From NCBI GenBank assembly GCA_002722595.1, contig PBMO01000003.1:11588-75587 (forward strand): a stretch of DNA of 64,000 nucleotides, written 5' to 3'. This document shows, piece by piece, positions 9,432 to 17,448 of this stretch. Both the position numbers and the translations under genes were made by a program. The first letter of the stretch is position 1. Every line of letters starts with the position of its first letter. Below the pieces are notes generated by a model that was not told where the DNA came from, did not search any database, and saw nothing but the letters and a program-made list of their open reading frames with translations. The stretch is from Methanobacteriota archaeon (GTDB taxonomy: Archaea; Thermoplasmatota; Poseidoniia; Poseidoniales; Thalassarchaeaceae).

Positions 9432-10298
9432 CTAAGGTTTAATTGTGAAATAGATTGTTTTCTTTTCTGTTAAATCCCATGGATTTCCATCTTGACTAAG
9501 AGTGATTTCAACAGTGTAGGTTACTCCAACAGAATAGTCAAAGTCATTTGGTAATTGGATGAGAATAGGCACATCTTCAGAATGAGGGGCAACCCCTGAT
9601 ACATTTTCCAGATTTCCCGAATGTGTCTGCCAATTTTCACTCAATGACTCTGCAGAACCACTCCACACCTCTGTACGGTTACTAGCTGCCATGAGTTTTA
9701 CCTCGACCATGACTGCCTCTGCATCGTCGTTGTCACGAACGCCGAAAACTAATGCAAGATTTCGATCCGACAGTGAATCGGAATCAGAAAAATCATCAAT
9801 TGGATAATGCCATTCAGGATTATCCATATCCACCAAGAGAGTTTTACTCGCGATTTCTGGAGGAGATATGTCGCCAAGTGGCGGGTTTACAACTATGAAA
9901 CAAACTGCGAGCCAAGTGAATGTGTACAAGAAACTGGCTCGAAACCAATTGCCAAATGTGTACCTATCTGAATAAATCTTAGGAATAATCATCCTATGTA
10001 GTGGTGGTAATGTGAATATCAAAAGTAGGGGTAAAGACCACAACACACTGGCTGGCGCCCCTAAAGCTGGCATAATCAGGTATCTCATTGTAAGTCCGAT
10101 TGCAATGGCATAGAGAATGACAAGCCACATAGAAAACGTATCTGCTTTTTCCTTAACCACGTGATCAACAGGGTCGAATGGTTCGACGCCTACTTTGCCA
10201 CCACCGCGCTTCTTTTCGCCATCCCGACCACTTCTTCGCTTATCGCTAGCCGCTGCTGCAGCCATTGCTGTGGACAAGTCAACCATCGTGCTCAGCAT
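9432..10298 (-). CDS. Hypothetical membrane protein with about 3 TM helices and a C-terminal extracellular beta-rich domain.
   Basis: It has hydrophobic segments (WLVILYAIAIGLTM, LWSLPLLLIFTLPPL, FLYTFTWLAVCFIVV) and a basic N-terminus. The listed ORF begins with TTG at 10313. The first ATG is at 10298, so the start is uncertain. Confidence 0.7.
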   Translation of the reverse strand: MLSTMVDLSTAMAAAAASDKRRSGRDGEKKRGGGKVGVEPFDPVDHVVKEKADTFSMWLVILYAIAIGLTMRYLIMPALGAPASVLWSLPLLLIFTLPPLHRMIIPKIYSDRYTFGNWFRASFLYTFTWLAVCFIVVNPPLGDISPPEIASKTLLVDMDNPEWHYPIDDFSDSDSLSDRNLALVFGVRDNDDAEAVMVEVKLMAASNRTEVWSGSAESLSENWQTHSGNLENVSGVAPHSEDVPILIQLPNDFDYSVGVTYTVEITLSQDGNPWDLTEKKTIYFTIKP

Positions 10299-10376
10299 GA
10301 GCGAAACCGACAACGTCTATGATGGGTTCGGAACAGCATGCTGATGAAACTGTAATGTTTCATGAACAATTGTTAG

Positions 10377-10502
10377 TGCCGGGAGCGGGGCTCGAACCCG
10401 CGACCTTCGGATGTCTCAGACATTTCTAGGGTTATCTCGCTCATTTCTCACCTTAATGGTAGTCCTATGAGTCCGACGCGCCACCAACTACGCCACCCCG
10501 GC
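10377..10502 (-). tRNA. tRNA with CAU anticodon (elongator Met, or Ile2 if C34 is modified) carrying a 53-nt intron at the canonical 37/38 position.
   Basis: The cloverleaf was folded by hand. The acceptor is GCCGGGG/TCCCGGC with discriminator A. The D arm is GCGT-AGTTGGTG-GCGC. The anticodon stem is TCGGA/TCCGA with loop CTCATAA once spliced. The T arm is GCGGG-TTCGAGC-CCCGC. The anticodon CAT lies at 10467-10469 on the minus strand. Confidence 0.88.
10413..10465 (-). other. tRNA intron with a canonical helix-bulge-helix-bulge-helix (BHB) splice motif.
   Basis: The central 4-bp helix pairs CUCA (nt 32-35) with UGAG near the intron 3' end. It is flanked by the 3-nt bulges UA^G and AC^A, which carry the two splice sites. 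The outer helix GAC/GUC lies within the intron. Confidence 0.8.
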
Positions 10503-10591
10503 AACGGAGTCTTCGACAAACCTCCCGAATATGAGCATATCCATTCGAGCCGACCGTACGATTGAAGGTATGTCGTCAATTTGACTCGGCC

Positions 10592-11920
10592 ATGGGTCAA
10601 CCCAATATGGGCGATAGAGTACGAATAACGGCATCTACCCCAGAGGGGGAAGTAACCCACGAGGGAATCTTATTGATGGCATCCAAGAGTGAGCATGTCA
10701 CCATTAAATTGGACAATGGTTACAATGTAACCTTCTCCAATAACAATGTTAGTCAACTAGAAATTATTGAGGGGAAAAGCAACTCAGTAGAAAAAAAGGA
10801 GACTATTCTGGAAGAGGATAGTGGGCTCCCATTAATCTGGATAATACATACAGGTGGTACAATAGCCTCGAAAGTTGACTACACAACTGGGGCAGTTGCG
10901 GCTAGCTTTGAACCAAAAGAACTACTCAATGCTGTGCCTGAATTAGCCCAACATGCAAGAATTCGAACCACTAAGATAGGGAATATGTGGTCAGATGATA
11001 TTCGTGCAAGGCATTGGAACTTGATGATATCTGCTACTAAGGATGCCTTCGAATCTGGTGCTACCGGGGTGGTCATTACACATGGAACTGATACCATGCA
11101 TTATTCTGCAGCTGCAGCGGCTTATTCATGGGCTGGATCAGGCCAAAGGCCACCTGGACGTATTGTATTCACAGGGTCCCAACGCAGCAGCGACAGAGGG
11201 TCAACAGATGGAACTGAAAATTTGATCGCAGCAGTATATTGGGCAGCATTTGGACCAGAAGTGACAGGGGAAAACGGGGATGCGAGTGTGATAGTAATGC
11301 ACGCAGGTAGTAATGACGGCGTATGCTCAGTTATACCTGGTTGTAACGCAAGAAAATTTCATTCAAGTCGGCGAGATACTTTCCAAGCGATTAATGCCCA
11401 ACCAATGGCGTCAATTGCAGTAGATCGAAGTGGAGGATGCGAAATTCTAGGCGACTTCCAGGTTCCCACGCGGGAAATTGGTAGATTACCTTGTCTCTTC
11501 GATGAAAATACCAAAATTATGCAATTAATTGCAGGGCCTCACTTGTTTGCCGACCAAATCAATCTAGCACAAAATTTCGATGCAATATTATTCCATGGAA
11601 CTGGCCTAGGTCACCTACCTATCGAAAATTCAAATGGTGATAGCCCCGAAAATGATGAGGTGAAAAAGGCGGTTTCAGAATATTGCAAGGAGGGGGGCAT
11701 TGCAGTTATGGCAACCCAGTGTATCAATGGCCCTGTCCACATGGACGTGTATAGTAAAGGGCGCATTCAGCAAGAGTTAGGCATAATAGGAAATCATTCC
11801 ACTACAGGCCCTGATTCAGCCTTGGTAAAATTGCACTTCTTACTCTCAAACAACATAGATGTTAGACAGGGTTGGGCTGCCAATTTGTGTGGCGAAAATC
11901 AATCGAAAATATCCAATTGA
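10592..11920 (+). CDS. gatD: Glutamyl-tRNA(Gln) amidotransferase subunit D (archaeal GatD, asparaginase-like).
   Basis: It has GDRVRI...KLDNGYNV at the N-terminus and the asparaginase motifs HTGGTIAS and GVVITHGTDTM. The listed ORF starts at TTG 10562. ATG candidates lie at 10592 and 10607. Confidence 0.88.
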   Translation: MGQPNMGDRVRITASTPEGEVTHEGILLMASKSEHVTIKLDNGYNVTFSNNNVSQLEIIEGKSNSVEKKETILEEDSGLPLIWIIHTGGTIASKVDYTTGAVAASFEPKELLNAVPELAQHARIRTTKIGNMWSDDIRARHWNLMISATKDAFESGATGVVITHGTDTMHYSAAAAAYSWAGSGQRPPGRIVFTGSQRSSDRGSTDGTENLIAAVYWAAFGPEVTGENGDASVIVMHAGSNDGVCSVIPGCNARKFHSSRRDTFQAINAQPMASIAVDRSGGCEILGDFQVPTREIGRLPCLFDENTKIMQLIAGPHLFADQINLAQNFDAILFHGTGLGHLPIENSNGDSPENDEVKKAVSEYCKEGGIAVMATQCINGPVHMDVYSKGRIQQELGIIGNHSTTGPDSALVKLHFLLSNNIDVRQGWAANLCGENQSKISN

Positions 11921-11987
11921 GAAAATAATTTTCCAATTGAAAAGTTTCGATAATTATTGAACACTCTTATTCAAAGACCGCTCTCCT

Positions 11988-13544
11988 ATGGAGAGCGATA
12001 TGGGCGGTAAAGGCGAAGAGTTGTCATGGCGCAGAAGTCAGGCATTATCAGGCGGCGGGATGAAACGCCTTGAGAACCTCCGTGAAACCGGTAGAGGCAC
12101 TGCTAGAGAACGACTGGATGCATTGTTAGATCCCGATAGTTTTGTCGAAACTGACGCATTAATCAACCACCGAAATCACCAAGGAAACATGCACGTGCAC
12201 CCACAATTTGGCGATGGAGTAGTTGCTGGCCACGGAAGTGTAGACGGGCGAAGAGTGTTCTGCTTCAGTCAGGACTTCACCGTTTTTGGTGGTTCAATGG
12301 GAGAAATGCATGCTAAGAAAATTACCAAAGTGATTGAAATGGCAGAAAGAGCACGTGTCCCACTAATCTGTATCTGGGATGGAGGCGGCCAACGGGCTCA
12401 CGATGGTGTCCACTCACTCGCAGCAACTGGGGAAATGCTAGACCGCTTGGTATCCTGCTCAGGGCGAATACCAATGGTCAGTTTGGTCCTCGGGCCAGTT
12501 GTAGGAGTATCTGCTCTTGCAGCTGCGATTGCTGATTTTGTAATCTTAGGTGAAGAACATGGGCAACTTTTTCTTTCAAGTCCGTTAGAAACTGCCGAAA
12601 CAGTCTCGGGTGAGATGAGTAATGAAGATTTAGGCGGTGCACAAATGCATGCATCCCGATCAGGAATTTGTTGCCTCACTGCAGATGATGAGAATGATGC
12701 CATGGACATTGCAATTGAATTGCTTTCCTTCTTTCCAGATTATTGTGGTGCGAGTCCTCCCCATCTAGATTCAGGAGATCCACATGACAGAGATTGCCCT
12801 ATACTCAAAGAGATTGTACCAAGTGATAGCAATCGTCCATATGACATTGTTAAAGTCATCCAAGGTACGGTTGACGACTCACATTTTGTTGAATTATTCC
12901 CCAATTATGCAGACAATATCGTTGTTGGTATGGCGCGATTAGCAGGCCACCCAATCGGCATAATTGCTAACCAACCAAAAGTCCTCGCCGGATGCTTAGA
13001 TATTGATGCTAGTATCAAAGCCGCACGTTTCATCCGTACATGTGACGCATTCAACATACCCCTCCTCTCTTTCGTCGATGTACCTGGTTTTTTACCAGGT
13101 ACTGTGCAAGAATGGGGTGGTATTATACGGCATGGTGCAAAAATGCTGTATGCATATGCTGAGGCAACTGTACCTATGCTTACTGTCGTCACACGCAAAG
13201 CGTATGGAGGTGCCTATTTGGCTATGGCATGTAAGCATCTGGAATCTGACTACAACGTGGCTTGGCCTACGGGAGAACTTGCAGTCATGGGAGCAGAGGG
13301 CGCCGTCAATATCATCCACAGGCGCGAATTGAAAGATGCCGAAAACTATCAAGAAAAACACGCAGAACTTGTTGAGGATTACCGAAATAAATTTGGAGAC
13401 CCTTATGTGGCAGCAAGAAATGGGTGGTTGGATGATGTTATTGAACCAAATGAAACACGGTTAAGGCTCATACGTGCACTGAAAAGCCTACTCTCAAAAA
13501 GAGTCTGGCAGCCCCCAAGAAAACACGGAAACATTCCACTCTAG
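11988..13544 (+). CDS. Acyl-CoA carboxylase carboxyltransferase (beta) subunit, propionyl-CoA carboxylase / methylmalonyl-CoA carboxyltransferase family.
   Basis: Its 518 aa include TARERLDALLDPDSFVE, two crotonase-like halves, FGGSMGE and GGAYLAM-type motifs. Confidence 0.88.
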   Translation: MESDMGGKGEELSWRRSQALSGGGMKRLENLRETGRGTARERLDALLDPDSFVETDALINHRNHQGNMHVHPQFGDGVVAGHGSVDGRRVFCFSQDFTVFGGSMGEMHAKKITKVIEMAERARVPLICIWDGGGQRAHDGVHSLAATGEMLDRLVSCSGRIPMVSLVLGPVVGVSALAAAIADFVILGEEHGQLFLSSPLETAETVSGEMSNEDLGGAQMHASRSGICCLTADDENDAMDIAIELLSFFPDYCGASPPHLDSGDPHDRDCPILKEIVPSDSNRPYDIVKVIQGTVDDSHFVELFPNYADNIVVGMARLAGHPIGIIANQPKVLAGCLDIDASIKAARFIRTCDAFNIPLLSFVDVPGFLPGTVQEWGGIIRHGAKMLYAYAEATVPMLTVVTRKAYGGAYLAMACKHLESDYNVAWPTGELAVMGAEGAVNIIHRRELKDAENYQEKHAELVEDYRNKFGDPYVAARNGWLDDVIEPNETRLRLIRALKSLLSKRVWQPPRKHGNIPL

Positions 13545-16285
13545 TCTAATTCGGCGAAATCTGCCTCCAAGGCATCTAGATCATATTCATCAGAATTCGA
13601 CTCCTTTTCATTGGCAAGTATTTTTTCCATATCTGAATTAGATATTGTTGCAATCATGTATAATCCAATTATGGCGATTACTGAAGCAACTACTATTGCA
13701 AGAACAACCCAAATTGAGAAGGGGCCATTTTGTGTATTGACTGGGATTTGCGGTAAATTTTGTTCGCCTAAATCGGCATCAGAAAGAGGGACTGTATGAT
13801 AATACACTTTCACAGAGGACCAATTCTGATTCTCCAATACTCGCACTTCAAGGCGATGGGCTCCAGCTAGAAGTTCACTTGTGCTAACCTTGACAGCGCA
13901 TTCCCACATATTCGTATTCGCTTCAATACAAACCGTTTCAGCATCATCCCATAGTTTCCCGTCCCATCGAGTTTCTATTGTCCAAGGAGAAGCATCATCT
14001 GGATCATAAATCACTACCGTGAATGAAACTTCTTCATCTCCACTAATGGAGCCCCATGTAAGTTGAGATGGATCGTTTACTTCTGATACTATCAATTCAA
14101 GATTTACAGTCGATTGCCCATCGATACTGGTTGCTGTGAGGTTCCACTCACTAGAAATTCCCGACCAGTCGGATGAAGGAACTATTCTCAATACACTGGT
14201 CAAAACATCCACCTGTATGTGTGGATGCCCTCCGGTTATTGAAAACGATAAGTCATCACCATCTTCATCCCACCCGATTTCAGATAGGGGAATTTCTATT
14301 GGGGTATCCTCAATTAATTCCACAGTGGTCAAATTTAGAAATGGAGGGTCAGCCACAGATGCAATATTGACTCGAATCAAAGATTGGATTGGTTGACTGG
14401 TTAAGTCTCCGACCCATAAGTCAACCGTCGCCACACCATTCCAATTTGTTGTGGGTGTGACTGTGAGATTAGATTCATCCCAAGAAACTGTCAATCCAGA
14501 ATCGCAGGTTGCATTAATGATGTGAACTGAATTACCTTCTGGATCCATGAAATATGGTCTAATGTCTATCGTATCCGAAGTTCCATCCTCTACCAACTGA
14601 AGTTCGGGAAGTGGATTCAATTGATTCACTGAGTCATCAACTGCGAAAACACTCGCATTGAGATTAAATTGTATTGAGAAATTGGTATCGTATCGATCGA
14701 ATGCTGTTAAATTCAGAATTTCAGTACCTGCCCATTCGGGCGACCCTGTATGTTCACACCTCAATGAGGTTTCTTTGAGGAAACAATGCATTTGATTAGT
14801 ACTTGGCAAATGGGCATCCATCTCAATGAACATTGAGGTGCCATCGGGGTCGGTGACTATTTCAGAAAATGGAATCTCAGCAAATCCGTGTTGTGGGACA
14901 CTCAAATTTGGAAGGGGGTTTGCCAGAACAGGTTCCTGATTTATCCGATAGAAATCAACGTCTATGAATGATGGCATCCCAAACCAATTCACATTCACAC
15001 GTACGGTTCTATTACCAGGAGGAACTCCCTCTGTAGGCACATCACAATCTGTTTTAGATAGTTCCCCTGGTACAGTTGATGATGTGAATACACCTGTGGA
15101 ATTGACCCCATAGGTTTCAAAATCTGCAGGATCCCACCAATCCCCGCCTTCCGTGATTGTACATGATACTGTGGTGCCAATTGGTGCACTACCATCACGA
15201 TGTAACAATTGGGTTGAGACAGAAACAACCCTTCCATTCATCCCATCCCATTCATTTGTGTCAGAAGAATTGTAGTCCATTGGCAAAAAACGAGCAGCGG
15301 TCAAGTCTTCATCAATATATGAATCCGAATCTGATGGACTTTCCCAATTTGTTTCTCGATTAGTAGCATTTAGCCACTGAGTATGATCTCCTTTCAGCAT
15401 CAAATCGAAATATGGTAGAATATGGTCTATGGCGTGTCCCTGCTGAACATCTCTAGTCATTGTTGCATCACCATCATTAAAGCCCTCAAAGAAGTCATTC
15501 TCATCTTGATATTGGATATGATTGGCACCTATTACTGACATATAGTGCCATGGAAATTCATGGTTTTCCAACCAGACCTCAACGTTCGACTCAGATGGTG
15601 CCATCTCGTCGAAACTTCCTGTTAGATAAAGCCCCATTCCGGGCCCTGGAGATGGGCCAAAACTAGAACTGGATACATCCGTATTTACATCTGAAAGGGC
15701 TAATCCCACTATTGCGTTGGGAAGTGATGTGTTTGCAAGATATTGCAACCAATCCCCTGACATTAGTAATTGACAAGTTGCTGCTTGTTTTGCACCAACT
15801 CCATGACCACCGAAGCCCCAATTTTTTGAATCCATAGTCACATTGCCAAAGTAACCTTGTAGTCCAAAATATAGGTTAATTGCCTCAACACATTGTACAG
15901 ACGTTTGTTCGGCAGTCCAATCGGGAGGCAGAACCACAACAAGATAACCCGCTGATGCTAAATTATTCCCAACCCAATCGTATTGATCAACCTCTTCTCC
16001 TTCATCACCAAACCACATTACAAGAGGGTATGGGCCCGAGGCATTGTCAACAGGAGTTGAGAAGCCATTCGATAATGCAGGATAATATGCTAAAGAATTG
16101 TGAGTTTCATTTTCACCATCCTCCCAAGACAAATATGACGTGCCAACAGGAAAAGTATCAACTTCAACTGAGGGCGAGAATGATTCACCACTAGCTTCCG
16201 CGACAGATATTAGTGAGAATAATATGAGAAGCGCCAATAGTGTAGCCACTCTATTTCCGGCCATCAAACCTCTGAGATTTAACAT
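13541..16285 (-). CDS. Large type-I surface protein: signal peptide, alpha/beta-hydrolase-like domain lacking the nucleophile Ser, cadherin/Ig-like repeats, C-terminal TM helix and an acidic tail.
   Basis: The signal peptide reads MLNLRGLMAGNRVATLLALLILFSLISVAEA. The PLVMWFGDEG...AGYLVVVLP...GFGGHGVGA layout resembles the dienelactone-hydrolase/cutinase fold. The C-terminal TM segment is FSIWVVLAIVVASVIAIIGLYMI. It has many N-x-S/T sequons. The ATG lies at 16285, with a GTG at 16288. Confidence 0.8.
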   Translation of the reverse strand: MLNLRGLMAGNRVATLLALLILFSLISVAEASGESFSPSVEVDTFPVGTSYLSWEDGENETHNSLAYYPALSNGFSTPVDNASGPYPLVMWFGDEGEEVDQYDWVGNNLASAGYLVVVLPPDWTAEQTSVQCVEAINLYFGLQGYFGNVTMDSKNWGFGGHGVGAKQAATCQLLMSGDWLQYLANTSLPNAIVGLALSDVNTDVSSSSFGPSPGPGMGLYLTGSFDEMAPSESNVEVWLENHEFPWHYMSVIGANHIQYQDENDFFEGFNDGDATMTRDVQQGHAIDHILPYFDLMLKGDHTQWLNATNRETNWESPSDSDSYIDEDLTAARFLPMDYNSSDTNEWDGMNGRVVSVSTQLLHRDGSAPIGTTVSCTITEGGDWWDPADFETYGVNSTGVFTSSTVPGELSKTDCDVPTEGVPPGNRTVRVNVNWFGMPSFIDVDFYRINQEPVLANPLPNLSVPQHGFAEIPFSEIVTDPDGTSMFIEMDAHLPSTNQMHCFLKETSLRCEHTGSPEWAGTEILNLTAFDRYDTNFSIQFNLNASVFAVDDSVNQLNPLPELQLVEDGTSDTIDIRPYFMDPEGNSVHIINATCDSGLTVSWDESNLTVTPTTNWNGVATVDLWVGDLTSQPIQSLIRVNIASVADPPFLNLTTVELIEDTPIEIPLSEIGWDEDGDDLSFSITGGHPHIQVDVLTSVLRIVPSSDWSGISSEWNLTATSIDGQSTVNLELIVSEVNDPSQLTWGSISGDEEVSFTVVIYDPDDASPWTIETRWDGKLWDDAETVCIEANTNMWECAVKVSTSELLAGAHRLEVRVLENQNWSSVKVYYHTVPLSDADLGEQNLPQIPVNTQNGPFSIWVVLAIVVASVIAIIGLYMIATISNSDMEKILANEKESNSDEYDLDALEADFAELD

Positions 16286-16311
16286 CACACTTCAAACCGA
16301 CGCAATTGAGT

Positions 16312-17340
16312 TTAACTGGAATTGATTAGTTTTTCAAGTGCAATTAAACGGGTCATAGTCAAACCTAGGCCAGGCAATAAATGTGCGAATTCAGGAGAAT
16401 ATATTCGCGACCAAGCCTGTAGATGCTGGGCAGCAAGAAGCCATCGCCCATCTAATTGGATACGAGCACCTTCATGTTCGACAACCCGCGCCACCTTTTC
16501 TGAACTGTAGGAGGCAGATATCTGAATATCGGCAATTGTATGCATGGATTTGGATGGTTTTCCAGCTTCTGTGTCGAAATCGACAAAAAGTCTCATGCCA
16601 AGATGTCCAACGACTTCTTCATCGGCAATAATTGCGTTTTTCCAAGAACCTCTTGTACCAAGATCTCTGCGGCCTTTGATTGGCCAGATTTTACCTCCTG
16701 ATTCTGCCCATGATGCTGCACATGAGCGTGCTGAACCACCGCCACCGACCATGCAAAGTAGTGGTGAATCGATACCATCTAAATCGAAATCAAAGCCAAA
16801 GTGTTGTGCTATTGAAACAAGGCCAAAACCATCAGTCCCTACAGCATACCAATTTATTCCATCCCAACGCAACTGATTAACAGCACCATTTTCTAGGCAC
16901 CCATCTAAAGCGTGTATACCTGACCTTGTATTCAGTAAATGTTTGAGGGGGCTAGTTATTGATATCCATGTTTCGATTTCGCCTCGACGCTTACGTAGAT
17001 GCTCACCTTCTTGGTTGAACAGTGTCTCAAGATGTGGGACATGATCTATATCGGCAGCCTCTACTTGCAAAATTGCTGAGCGTGCAAAGCCAATCAGTTT
17101 GGATATGGATTCACTTGAGAAGTCGCCATAGAGAGGATGCTCTTTTTTGTCACTAGGGATGCCTTTCTGCACCCAAGCCCAGGCCATTGGAGACATTACA
17201 TCTTTTGTGTCTATAAGATCTAACTCCTCAACCTTCATTTCCAATCCTGCTTTTTCTAAATGTGCCACGGTTAATGCAAACAATGCTGGGGAAAGGGAAT
17301 GCTCAACCGGTGAGCCCGCAACCGCATATCGGATTCGCAT
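16312..17340 (-). CDS. aroE: Shikimate dehydrogenase-like protein (AroE family), unusually long.
   Basis: It carries GSPVEHSLSPALF (G-x-P-I-x-H-S-x-SP), ITSPLKH (catalytic Lys), GTDGFG (NTD motif) and VGGGGSARS (NADP loop). It is 342 aa against about 270 aa typically, with an insertion of about 70 aa after the first motif. Confidence 0.7.
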   Translation of the reverse strand: MRIRYAVAGSPVEHSLSPALFALTVAHLEKAGLEMKVEELDLIDTKDVMSPMAWAWVQKGIPSDKKEHPLYGDFSSESISKLIGFARSAILQVEAADIDHVPHLETLFNQEGEHLRKRRGEIETWISITSPLKHLLNTRSGIHALDGCLENGAVNQLRWDGINWYAVGTDGFGLVSIAQHFGFDFDLDGIDSPLLCMVGGGGSARSCAASWAESGGKIWPIKGRRDLGTRGSWKNAIIADEEVVGHLGMRLFVDFDTEAGKPSKSMHTIADIQISASYSSEKVARVVEHEGARIQLDGRWLLAAQHLQAWSRIYSPEFAHLLPGLGLTMTRLIALEKLINSS

Positions 17341-17448
17341 CTTGCCTCGAGGGTCCGTGTGCCCGCTCCTTCACAAAGCAAACGGATACGCATCTTCGAG
17401 GTTCTAATTCCATGAATGCTTGAATACCGGAAGCGTTGCAGCAGCGTT

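Noticed and set aside
10314-10376. 7-bp inverted repeat atgaaac-tgtaat-gtttcat (10344-10363) just downstream of the tRNA 3' end. A similar one, gaccata-ctacg-tatggtc (8018-8036), lies in the spacer between the giant gene and rfcS.
   Set aside because: Both are short AT-rich stems that could arise by chance in intergenic DNA. No oligo-T tract or second copy was seen. I note them only as possible terminator or operator elements and do not call them features.
10413-10465. C/D-box guide RNA embedded in the tRNA intron.
   Set aside because: Only a D-box-like CUGA near the 3' end is convincing. The best C-box candidates (GUGAGAA, AUGAGCG) each have at least 2 mismatches to RUGAUGA. I mention this as something to test, not as a call.
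10377-10502. tRNA gene as an integration hotspot, flanked by giant and variable surface-protein genes: is this a genomic island or integrated element?
   Set aside because: I found no integrase, transposase, phage or plasmid gene, and no direct repeat of the tRNA 3' half, anywhere in the window. The genes on both sides of the tRNA are housekeeping (rfcS, gatD).
10448-10660. 70-aa minus-strand ORF.
   Set aside because: It overlaps the 5' exon and intron of the tRNA (10377..10502) and the start region of gatD. Its translation is not protein-like. The tRNA fold explains the sequence.
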